A DNA stretch of 64,000 nt. It comes from Thermodesulfobacteriota bacterium (GTDB taxonomy: Bacteria; Desulfobacterota_D; UBA1144; Nemesobacterales; UBA2774). The translations under genes and the position numbers were made by a program. The notes below the pieces were generated by a model. That model was not told the DNA's origin, searched no databases, and was given only the letters and a program-made list of their open reading frames with translations. The stretch spans positions 1,024,001-1,088,000 of the forward strand of contig OY729416.1 in assembly GCA_963422265.1 (NCBI GenBank), given 5' to 3'. Positions 11,070-26,328 of this stretch are shown piece by piece; the stretch's first letter is position 1, and every line of letters begins with the position of its first letter.

Positions 11070-11651
11070 CTACAATATTTGTTCAATAGCTGCAATATCT
11101 GATAACCGAATAAGTAGATGTCCTCTTGCAAACACTTCTTTATTTGCACCCTCTGATAAGTATTGTGGATCGGTGATAATCACAAAATCATCATCTTTTA
11201 TATTATCCGTAAATTCTTGAACATACCCAGATAAACAGACTCCATTCTTAAGATAAATTATATAATATGATTTCGCAGTTACAGCAAAATACGAATGTAA
11301 AACTGTAGGAAATGAAGTTTTCCGCGTAACCCTAAATCTTCGCAGAATTTGAAACAATCTATCTTCATTGGCTAACTGGGAAGATACAAAACCTATAAAA
11401 ACAGGAAGTAGTAATTTCCCAACAAACAGTCCAAATTCAGGTGAGGACATTACGTTTCCCATTCCCTCTACGTTAAAGAAAACAAGCACTTTTTCTACAA
11501 AAAGAACACAACTTTTGTTAATTACAGTAAAAATCACGACATAAATAACCCCTTCAAACCTCTGAGGTTTTACATAACTGGTTAGCAAATAAAACACAGC
11601 TAACGATACAAACCCAGGCGTTAGTAGGTCAATTAAATTTATAACTTGCAA
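11070..11651 (-). CDS. Membrane protein, DUF6338-like
   Basis: LLTPGF N-terminus, 2-3 TM helices, C-terminal IYLKNG..LSGY soluble domain. Confidence 0.55.
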   Translation of the reverse strand: MQVINLIDLLTPGFVSLAVFYLLTSYVKPQRFEGVIYVVIFTVINKSCVLFVEKVLVFFNVEGMGNVMSSPEFGLFVGKLLLPVFIGFVSSQLANEDRLFQILRRFRVTRKTSFPTVLHSYFAVTAKSYYIIYLKNGVCLSGYVQEFTDNIKDDDFVIITDPQYLSEGANKEVFARGHLLIRLSDIAAIEQIL

Positions 11652-11681
11652 AATTGAATTTTTCTCCTTGGTGGTTAACCC

Positions 11682-11750
11682 TTAATCAAAGGAAGCATAT
11701 TGTTCCCGCAATGCGCCAATTCTTTTTCTAATAGATTGCCGAGTAGCCAC
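11682..11750 (-). pseudogene. Truncated duplicate of the fic 5' end
   Basis: VATRQSIRKRIGALREQYASFD* versus MATRQSIRKRISALREEYASLA of 9589..10485. Confidence 0.85.
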
Positions 11751-12125
11751 AATGAACAGTTAAAAGATAGTTTTAAGTTTACAGTTTTGAGTTGACAGCT
11801 AACTAACAACTATCCACTTGATTATATCAATTCACTTGTATATGTCAATAAAGCGTGAAGAGAAGTGTTAAAGAGGGGTGTATTCACGGGTATTTTGTCT
11901 GAACTTATGAGAAGGGGAATGACGATGGAGACAAAAGAAGCCCTCACCCTGTCCCTCTCCCAGAGGGAGAGGGGAAAAGAAAGTCTAAACTGTGATTGGT
12001 AGAATTAAAGGATAGACTTTGACGACTAACCGCTGACCACTGTCACTTATTCAAATTAACCTTCATAGTATTCTAATAATCATTACTTCCCCACTCATCA
12101 GCTTAGGCAATAAGGTATCCCGAAC
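11691..12125. repeat. Direct repeat copy 2
   Basis: Matches 10426-10884. Confidence 0.9.
12083..12124 (-). repeat. hsdS 3'-tail remnant R4
   Basis: Translates RDTLLPKLMSGEV. Confidence 0.85.
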
Positions 12126-12156
12126 GATTGGAAGTATTAGCTTTTTACCGCTTAAA

Positions 12157-12921
12157 CTATGAGGCGAGCTCATTTTTAGATCGCTCTCTATCACTCCATA
12201 GAACAGGTTTGATTTCGTAGTTTTTTAGCGCATCTAATGCATTACTTGATATGTCTCGCCCACTGTCATTGATGAACGCATACGCCTTCGAATCTTCAGG
12301 ACGAACATCTTTTGTATCAACCCAATCCACTATAATTGAATCCACGCTATTACGCGTGGGATTATTGATTGTTTTAATAATTCTCTCTGGAGACTCAAAC
12401 GACTTTGTAATCAGAAAATCAAACTTTCTCGGATAGCCAGATTTTCCAATAAATGAAATGTGCGTGGAATAACGAATTTGAGAAATGTCAAGCCAGCCTC
12501 TAACATCCTCAAAGAACAAGTTAGTTACGTGCGGTTGCGCTAAGTAAAACATATCGCTTATAGCTAAAATGGATTGTATTAGGAAATGCTTTCTTATGGC
12601 GAAGTTATCTGATGTGGCATTAACTTGTAAACAATCTCCCTCTTTTGCAACTCCATATCCTGCAAGGGTTAAGTTTAGCAATTTTTGCCTTTGTGGGCTA
12701 TCCAAGGAACACCCTTCCTGCAAAAGACCTGTGATTGTGCTTCCACCATCCGTTAATAGATAACCTTGATCCGTTTTCTCAAGATATATTTGGATATAAT
12801 CGTTGTTTCTATCCAGATAAGGTGCTGTAATCTCTACCCATTTATTGCCTACGGACTTCCAAGCGGTTTTGTCTCTTAACCAACCGTAATACTGATCAAT
12901 AAGTAAATTCATATCGCTCAT
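12157..12921 (-). CDS. DUF1828/DUF1829-family protein
   Basis: EITAPYLDRNNDYIQIY, LTDGG.T, GKSGY..KFDF (PD-(D/E)XK-like C-terminus). Confidence 0.8.
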   Translation of the reverse strand: MSDMNLLIDQYYGWLRDKTAWKSVGNKWVEITAPYLDRNNDYIQIYLEKTDQGYLLTDGGSTITGLLQEGCSLDSPQRQKLLNLTLAGYGVAKEGDCLQVNATSDNFAIRKHFLIQSILAISDMFYLAQPHVTNLFFEDVRGWLDISQIRYSTHISFIGKSGYPRKFDFLITKSFESPERIIKTINNPTRNSVDSIIVDWVDTKDVRPEDSKAYAFINDSGRDISSNALDALKNYEIKPVLWSDRERSKNELAS

Positions 12922-13364
12922 GTGAATAACCCTTTTCTAATAACAGGAATTGAAATGACATTACAATAAGTCATAAAATCATTGAGCGTCTGAATTTTAT
13001 CTTCTAAATTTGAAAATTTATCAGAAGGAATTTCAAATGCCCATTTTAGACCATAATTTTCTCGATAAAGATGTAAATGTCTTGCCCCGATTTCTTCTCC
13101 GTCAGGATTTATATGGGGTGGACCATCCAAGTCTAGGCGTGCCAACCCAATAACTTGCCTTGCTCTAAGGTGATGATTGCGTTTTGATAAGTTAATTGAA
13201 TACTACGTGTAATTTAGAATAAACTCTTCTTTTTTATCCTCTGACTGCAGTAGAATATGCAATTTGCCTCCCATAACAGGCATGTCTAATTCTTTACTAC
13301 TTGCAATTTTACCCATGGCAAGCAGCGCATCTCCCTCAGATTGAGTTAAAAATATGTCCGCCAT
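12918..13364 (-). pseudogene. DUF6978-like protein with internal TAG
   Basis: ATG 13364 MADIFLTQSEGDALL...; in-frame TAG at 13203-13205; continues in frame to RLDLDGPPHINPDG..HLHLYRENYGLKWAF. Confidence 0.7.
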
Positions 13365-13402
13365 TAAGTTGCCCTCACCTCCCTACTCATCAACTATGGA
13401 AT
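13364..13402 (-). repeat. hsdS 3'-tail remnant R3 (most degenerate)
   Basis: Translates IP*LMSREVRAT*; its TAA overlaps the next ATG (TAATG). Confidence 0.65.
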
Positions 13403-13528
13403 TCACCAATCATAGTAATTTTGTCTGAACTATGACTCTTAGGATGAAATGATGGACTTTGACGACTAACCGCTGACCACTGTCACTTATTCAAATTAAC
13501 CTTCATAGTATTCTAATAATCATTAAAA

Positions 13529-13597
13529 TTACAGTTCAGATACTATCACTTCCCCATTCATCAGTTTTGGCAACAACGTATCGCGCAGGCTTTCAAA
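13529..13597 (-). repeat. hsdS 3'-tail remnant R2
   Basis: Translates FESLRDTLLPKLMNGEVIVSEL*, with many synonymous differences from the intact hsdS. Confidence 0.88.
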
Positions 13598-13727
13598 TAG
13601 AAGAATAGTAATTCAAGAACTATTAACGTTACTCTTAGGATGAAATATGAAAAAGCCTGCTTTTAGATCAGCCTTATAGCGAAGTTCTCAATATCAGATC
13701 ATAACTATCGCTCATTATTACTAGATA

Positions 13728-15242
13728 TTAATAAATATGTTTGAATAGTTCCACTTCTTCTTTAGAAATAACAAATGGCATTATTTTAATCTCTTCCTTG
13801 TCGATTATGTCTGCGTTACTTATTACTTCTTTTAAATCCTTTTTAAGCCAATCTGAACACCATAAATCAACTTTATTATCTAACACCTTTTTACATAGTT
13901 TCTCATCATACTTTTTAGAATCATCCACTTTTAAGGTTATCCTTTGCAACCATATTTGGAGATGACCTATGTTCGGTAGTCTTTCAAACTTTGTTACTAT
14001 TTTGTCAATTATTAATTTTATATCCTTTTGTTCTAATGAATCTACTTGTTTTAATGAACGTATGAACTTACTAAGAATGGCTATTGAGATTGGGTAAGTT
14101 TTTGGGTTCTTCATCGCAATGTCTGTCATAATACTTATAAGGACTTTTAGATTTTTACTATTTTTCACCACTATATTACTGTAAAATTTGTGTAATTCCT
14201 TGGTGACAGTCCCAGAATTCGGATACTTGTCCGCAACATCACTAATAATGTATAACTTCTCTTGTAGAGTCTTTTTCAATCCTGTTTTATTCGTTGTTAT
14301 CCAGTAAAGTTTGTCAGGTTTGATTGAAGCTTTTACCACATTGTTTGACCTTATTGCCTTGCCTTCATTGAGGTTAAATCCCAATTCCGCAAGAACTTCA
14401 GTTAGATTTTTTATTATCTTCCCTGCCGTTTGTGGATTATTAACGAATATTCTGTAATCATCTCGATATCTCAATATCTGAAAATCTTTATCTTGATCTT
14501 GTTCAGAGTTAATTTTCTCCCGTAACTTTAAGTCCGCGTACCCTAATACAATCTCAGCAACAAAATCCATCAATACGCTTCCCTGCGGTATGCCGTTTGT
14601 CTGCCCGTAAGACATTGACTGTATGGATTTATCAATCTGATTTCCAAGTAGTTTCGAATCCGTGCGTTTCTCTTTCGCACATTCTTTTCCGTGAATTGCC
14701 CATGAGATAGAATGCGTGTAAATGGAACCGTAGCAATCGGTTATATCTGTTGTGTATAAGTACTCGTAATCTAAAGCTAACTCAATTGATTTCTGTTCCA
14801 CTTCGTCAAACCAATGCGTGATTTGCTCTGCCTTGTCTGTTTGTTCACTTTCGGATACAACAGGTAAACTGAAGCATTTAATTTTTTCATTTTCTCTAAA
14901 CTTCTCAAAACGGCCTTTTAGTGTTTTCCAATTAGTTTGTTCCGTAATCTTATGGACTAAAGCAACATACAATACTGGATGGATTAGTTGAATGGGCCGC
15001 CAAGCATACTGACCACTCTTGTTGGTCAATAGCTTATGATTAACCTTTTCATAATTGCTTGGTTTACTACCATTTGATGAGTAAAAATCTTTTAAAGGTT
15101 TACCATCCAACTCTTTTGAAATATCTTTTAACAATTCGGAAAATGTAAAATATGGTGGCAAATCAAGAGTGCAGTAACTTTCCTTTTTTAAAAGAAACTC
15201 ACGCGCCTCACTTTCTAATAAATCCAGAATGCTTTTTCCCAT
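13728..15242 (-). CDS. Reverse transcriptase-like protein, Abi family (Abi-P2-like)
   Basis: TDITDCYGSIYTH, NGIPQGS, RYRDDY catalytic motif; helical C-terminus; 504 aa, no intron/maturase domain. Confidence 0.85.
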   Translation of the reverse strand: MGKSILDLLESEAREFLLKKESYCTLDLPPYFTFSELLKDISKELDGKPLKDFYSSNGSKPSNYEKVNHKLLTNKSGQYAWRPIQLIHPVLYVALVHKITEQTNWKTLKGRFEKFRENEKIKCFSLPVVSESEQTDKAEQITHWFDEVEQKSIELALDYEYLYTTDITDCYGSIYTHSISWAIHGKECAKEKRTDSKLLGNQIDKSIQSMSYGQTNGIPQGSVLMDFVAEIVLGYADLKLREKINSEQDQDKDFQILRYRDDYRIFVNNPQTAGKIIKNLTEVLAELGFNLNEGKAIRSNNVVKASIKPDKLYWITTNKTGLKKTLQEKLYIISDVADKYPNSGTVTKELHKFYSNIVVKNSKNLKVLISIMTDIAMKNPKTYPISIAILSKFIRSLKQVDSLEQKDIKLIIDKIVTKFERLPNIGHLQIWLQRITLKVDDSKKYDEKLCKKVLDNKVDLWCSDWLKKDLKEVISNADIIDKEEIKIMPFVISKEEVELFKHIY

Positions 15243-15247
15243 ATTGG

Positions 15248-15358
15248 CTAATTAAATCCTATCTTCACTTCCCCACTCATCAGCTTCGGTAATAGGGCAT
15301 CTCGAAGACTTTCTAGGGTGCAGATTTGGGATTAGTTATTTTCAACCTTTGAGAATAT
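15248..15358 (-). repeat. hsdS 3'-tail remnant R1
   Basis: 15265-15338 differs from 24317-24390 at 6 of 74 nt; translates IFSKVENN*SQICTLESLRDALLPKLMSGEVKIGFN*. Confidence 0.93.
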
Positions 15359-15417
15359 ATCCAGTGCTCTCTATAGGCAAATTCAATTCTCTTATCATCC
15401 TTGAGTTCAGTCATTAC

Positions 15418-16113
15418 TTAGAATACTTTAAAATATCTTTCAAAAACTTCCCTAGTTTCCTCTGAGGTTCGTGATTTTCGAGCAGTATAAAGCTTAAGAA
15501 AAAACTCTCTGACATCTTCATCTTCTGCTATCCATATAATCTGACTGTTCTCAGTAGAAGCTTCGATCAAATCCTCTATTTGCTTATCCAAAAAATATTT
15601 CACATAATCTCTTATTTTATCAATATAACAATGCGTTGATGCAAACGAATCAGAAATAACCAGAGATTGAATTCCTCTTGCAAAATCAAAATCAGTGAAA
15701 TCGTTTATTTCCCTGGACGCAAAATCTACTTCTACAAAGGATGTTTTGTGTTCACAAGAAATCTCTATAACCCAGTTTTCTTCAATGTTTAACCAAATGT
15801 TCTTAATACAATCGCGAGAAATGTTTTCCGCAACCTCTTGCTTTAATTTACTTATGAAATATTTTTCTTTGAAATAAGTGGTAGTATGTTTTTCAAATTC
15901 CTCAAAATCTTTTACAACTCGCACCCTGTCTTGTTTGGCAAAAGCTTCCCTAAGCCTGTGACCTTTTGTCCAAAAGAACATAGTCTCATCGCCGCAGTTT
16001 TTTATGTATTCCAGAACTGTGAAATAAATATAGGCATCTTTGAATCCCTTGTCTGATACTTTGTCAAAAGGCGGTAAATGGTTCAAAGCCAACTCTTTCA
16101 TTTTTCCTATAAC
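15418..16113 (-). pseudogene. C-terminal part of an interrupted PIN-like (DUF4935-type) gene
   Basis: PPF...SDKGFKDAYIY motif; the ORF N-terminus is only the antisense of an FN3 fragment; the matching N-terminal part is at 23975..24295. Confidence 0.7.
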
Positions 16114-16119
16114 AGTAAA

Positions 16120-16270
16120 GTTACCCCCCCCCGCTAAGCCCACTGGTCTCAAGGCGGTGGCGGGCGACGGCCAGGTGACGCTAAGCTGGAATAATCCGAA
16201 TGGCACTACCATCTGGCAGTATCAGATCAAGCAGTGGACTGGGAATAGCGAGGCCGGGAGTTGGACTTAA
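16120..16270 (+). pseudogene. Fibronectin type III domain fragment
   Basis: PAKPTGLKAVAGDGQVTLSWNNP....QYQ. Confidence 0.7.
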
Positions 16271-16343
16271 TGACGTTGACATGCGTATTAAGACTTGTTA
16301 AGATGAATATGCCATATAGTGAACAATCTCACGGAGGGATGTA

Positions 16344-22938
<6,595 letters not shown>

Positions 22939-22975
22939 GGGGGAGATGTGCTATGATTAAAAGAATTAAAGATTA

Positions 22976-23015
22976 AATCCCCTGCTATATCCCCCTTTTA
23001 CAAAAGGGGGGGCAT
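22976..23015. repeat. REP-like palindrome / possible terminator after the autotransporter
   Basis: CCCCCTTT-TAC-AAAAGGGGG hairpin; resembles the element at 35941-35976. Confidence 0.5.
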
Positions 23016-23413
23016 TGTGTAGGGAATGAACTCTCGTCCCCCTATGCTCTATCTGGATTCCTAGTTGAGCTGGTAATGACGTGAGGGAGTGGGGTTCTAT
23101 TGACGGGGTGTTAAAAGCTGTTAGAACTAGCTATTATCTTTCATTTTCCATCTTTTTTCTGTTACTTTCTCGGCACTTTTCTTTAACTTTTCTATTCATT
23201 TTCTATCCTTTTTATCTCTTTTCTTTAACCTGGTAACCACGTCTCTATGAGGCAGGTCCTCATAATAATTTAAGCTCTCTTGGTGGTAAATATGACGTCG
23301 CTAATTGAGGTCTAATTGGAGTTTAACAGGAGATTAAAAGCATCTTCGGCAGACTTTCTGTATATACGCAAGTAATTAAAACGCCTTATCAAGTGTTTAG
23401 TGATACGGGATAT

Positions 23414-23614
23414 GGAATAAAAATGACCGGGATGCCAGCTTTCGGGATTGATCACAGCGACGAAGACATCTGGGCAATCGTAGCATTCCTCAAACGCCTG
23501 CCCGATTTAAGTCCTGAAGAATATCAGCTTATGAAAAATAGCAACATGCTATCGGGTATGGAGGGAAAGTCGGACGTGGATGATTTTGAGCATGATGAGC
23601 ATTATGGGCATTGA
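23414..23614 (+). pseudogene. C-terminal half of a c-type cytochrome gene (inverted)
   Basis: GIKMTGMPAF...DEDIWAIVAFLKRLP. Confidence 0.75.
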
Positions 23615-23653
23615 TTGTCCGGAGAAAAGCTTGGTTAGTAATAAGCGGTCACA

Positions 23654-23974
23654 GTTCTTGGTTATCCAGAAAAGCTCTGAAGAGCTTAGCTCCTCAGCCT
23701 CTTTTGCAAGTCTGGGGGGGCTTGGATTAAACCCTTTTGCAGGTTCTGCGTTGGGGGAACCATGGCACCCTATGCACATATTCTCGTAATGGTGAAATCC
23801 GATTTCTACAAGCTCACCGTCATTGAGCCTCGGTCTCTCAATCCCATATGAGTGTTTTTTTATCGAGCGATGCTTGGCAAAGTCAAGGGTCCACTTTACC
23901 ACTATAGAATCAGGGCTAGTCGCAGCGACGTCGTAATTACCCGAATATATATATGCGGTTATACCCGCTACAAT
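23654..23974 (-). pseudogene. N-terminal half of a c-type cytochrome gene
   Basis: CIGCH haem motif, PSPPRL, ELFWITKN; fused in frame to the PIN N-terminus. Confidence 0.75.
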
Positions 23975-24295
23975 AGAGTCTGCGTCTTCCAATTTAATTA
24001 CACTAAATGTAAAGTTCTCGTTATTTAGTAGATCAGAAATAAAACCCTCAATGTCAAATTTTTTGGTCTGATATTCGTTGACCTGCATTAAAGAACGAAA
24101 AATGTTTGATAAAAAAGAATCTCGCTGTAATGTGAGACTTTTCCTTTTGCAAATCTTTATTTCCTCAATTACCATTTCTGGAATAATAATATCCGCCACC
24201 TGTGCAAAACTTTGCAGTTCTGTTCTCCCTCCCAGAAAGTTTTGGACATCTTTGTTATTTGCAATACTTGTATCAACAATTACTTTGAAATCCAT
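23975..24295 (-). pseudogene. N-terminal part of the interrupted PIN-like gene
   Basis: VIVDTS and IIIPEMVIEEI PIN motifs; begins 7 nt after the hsdS stop. Confidence 0.7.
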
Positions 24296-24302
24296 ATTAC
24301 TC

Positions 24303-25745
24303 TTAGCTCTCTATTATCACATCCCCACTCATCAGCTTCGGTAATAGGGTATCTCGCAGACTCTCTAGGGTGCGGATTTGGGATTGGTTAGTTTGGGATT
24401 TGTGAAATATAGGATTCACCACGCTATTGAATCTAACTAAAGTGTTTATATCAGGTTTAGGTACTTTGATTTCCATTATACTACCATTATTAACATCTGG
24501 TTGGACTGTCCCACTTATTAAACTATCTTTGACGTTCTGAAAATCCTGACTATAGACAAAACACCAAATATAATAATGGCTCTCTTCCGTTGTTTTTAAT
24601 CCCGCAAAGCCCGTTGATAAAACCGTATCGGCAACTGATTGTTTTGAAAATGCGTCAAACATCAAAACTTTCCTGACCCCTCCTTTTTTGGCAAACCACA
24701 CTGAATAATCTACTGGTTGCATATTTGCTCTAGAGGGTCTGCTACCATATGTTATCTTAGTACCCATACCTTGGATTTTCCCTCCCTGCACATCAGCGGT
24801 TGCAATATATGTTTTCTCTCCTTCAAATTTATGTATTCCACTACTCATTATTTTTGATAACTCAGAGTTGCCGAGAGATACTTCCTCCCACCCTTCATCT
24901 CTATCCTCCACAAAGTACTTTCTGAACAGGGTTTGTGCCATGTTTTCTAGTGTTTTGTTTTGGCGGTAGAGAAGTTCTATTGTGTCGTCAAGACTGGATA
25001 ATACTTCGGCAATCGCCTTTTGTTTGGGAAGTGGGGGGAGAAAAACTTCCAAATTTTCAATATCAGACTTACTGATTGATGAAAAAATACTTCCAGATGA
25101 ACTGCTGTTAAATTGATTTGCAGAAAATTTGAGCAAATAAAAAAGAAAATCTCGCTCACCACTTCTCATTCTCAGTCCAGCATTTCCCCGACCAATAGAG
25201 CATTTCTGCCTCGTGAAATTGACATCACCAACTGGTGCTCGCACGCTTAGCAAAAGGTAGTTGGGCTCTATAACCTTCTTGGGACTAGAACAATAGACTC
25301 TTGGGGTAACGTATCTATAACCAAAATCAACTACACCTTGATAAAATGGTAATCCTTCTCCATTTTCATTATAAGTTTCGGATTTTGGAGACTGCCCCAT
25401 AATTACATCCACAACCTCCCCCAACCTCACTTCTCGCCAACCTTTCCTATAAATAGTAATTCCATATCTATCAATGTGCTTCTTCACTTCAGGGCTGGTT
25501 ATGCTCTCATAAGAAACAAAGTCAAAGAAGAAAAGCAAATTGGTATCTTCCTCAAAACAAGTTTTGAGTTTTGCTGCAAGTGAGTAGTCTGCTTCTTTTT
25601 CTTTGATAGCAATATCCACATCAGAGGCTTCCTTAAATGTATCCATAGCTCTTGACCCAAAGAGTACCGCTTCATCAATTTTTTTGTATGTAGAAATGAT
25701 TTTGATAATTTCGTTCAGTTGAGATTCTGAAAGCCCATATTTCAT
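24303..25745 (-). CDS. hsdS: Type I RM specificity subunit fused to an N-terminal minimal nucleotidyltransferase (MNT)
   Basis: LFGSRA....SDVDIA in the first ~100 aa; then two TRDs, LPPLPKQKAIAEVLSSLDD spacer and LRDTLLPKLMSG tail. Confidence 0.92.
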   Translation of the reverse strand: MKYGLSESQLNEIIKIISTYKKIDEAVLFGSRAMDTFKEASDVDIAIKEKEADYSLAAKLKTCFEEDTNLLFFFDFVSYESITSPEVKKHIDRYGITIYRKGWREVRLGEVVDVIMGQSPKSETYNENGEGLPFYQGVVDFGYRYVTPRVYCSSPKKVIEPNYLLLSVRAPVGDVNFTRQKCSIGRGNAGLRMRSGERDFLFYLLKFSANQFNSSSSGSIFSSISKSDIENLEVFLPPLPKQKAIAEVLSSLDDTIELLYRQNKTLENMAQTLFRKYFVEDRDEGWEEVSLGNSELSKIMSSGIHKFEGEKTYIATADVQGGKIQGMGTKITYGSRPSRANMQPVDYSVWFAKKGGVRKVLMFDAFSKQSVADTVLSTGFAGLKTTEESHYYIWCFVYSQDFQNVKDSLISGTVQPDVNNGSIMEIKVPKPDINTLVRFNSVVNPIFHKSQTNQSQIRTLESLRDTLLPKLMSGDVIIES

Positions 25746-26149
25746 AATTCTTTTTTTAGATAGTGATATAAATCTCTGACAATGGCAAAATAGGTTGCGT
25801 TAATAAAAGTGAGCACCTCTTTTAAGATTTCAGGATGATAAATATGACTAGTCTTATTGCGTTTATTTAGAGCTTCTAACCACTCTTCAGCATTGCTGAT
25901 GATTTCTGCCTGAAAAGCTTGTCGTAGGACTTTTTTGGGAGTTCCCAGTTGGCTATAGCCAGAATTTTCCAAATAGTCCTTGAGTGTTTTCCATGAAAGC
26001 TCTATCAATATCTTATAGCTTTGAACAAGAGACATTTGATAAGCTTCATTGTCTTGATTCTGCTCATACTCTTCCTGTCTTCGACAAAAGACTTTAAAAG
26101 ATTTTTCAAAGTTCTGAAACCTCTGTTTCCATCTGTCTTCGTTGTTCAT
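25742..26149 (-). CDS. HEPN-family (HI0074-like nucleotidyltransferase substrate-binding) protein
   Basis: RWKQRFQNF, ELSWKTLKDYL, RNKTSH (R-X4-H). Confidence 0.88.
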   Translation of the reverse strand: MNNEDRWKQRFQNFEKSFKVFCRRQEEYEQNQDNEAYQMSLVQSYKILIELSWKTLKDYLENSGYSQLGTPKKVLRQAFQAEIISNAEEWLEALNKRNKTSHIYHPEILKEVLTFINATYFAIVRDLYHYLKKEL

Positions 26150-26328
26150 CTCTGTCCTCTTTTGTAAGCTTCATTAGGATAACCAGAAATTATATTATTA
26201 AACGGAAGCAGTTCCTGCATAAGAACCCTTTGCGCTTTCGTGTTTTTAGCAATATACGCTGGCTGATAGACTTAACAGCCACTTATCCAAACCTTACATC
26301 TCGACAGCCTTTTGGTCGTGCTTGCGTA

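Noticed and set aside
10631-15358. Classical integron with attC sites
   Set aside because: No integron integrase in the window; palindrome ends do not fit RYYYAAC/GTTRRRY exactly; the recurring boundary is hsdS coding sequence.
23549-24295. Genuine PIN-cytochrome c fusion protein
   Set aside because: Both parts are truncated and their missing halves are found elsewhere, so this is a rearrangement junction.
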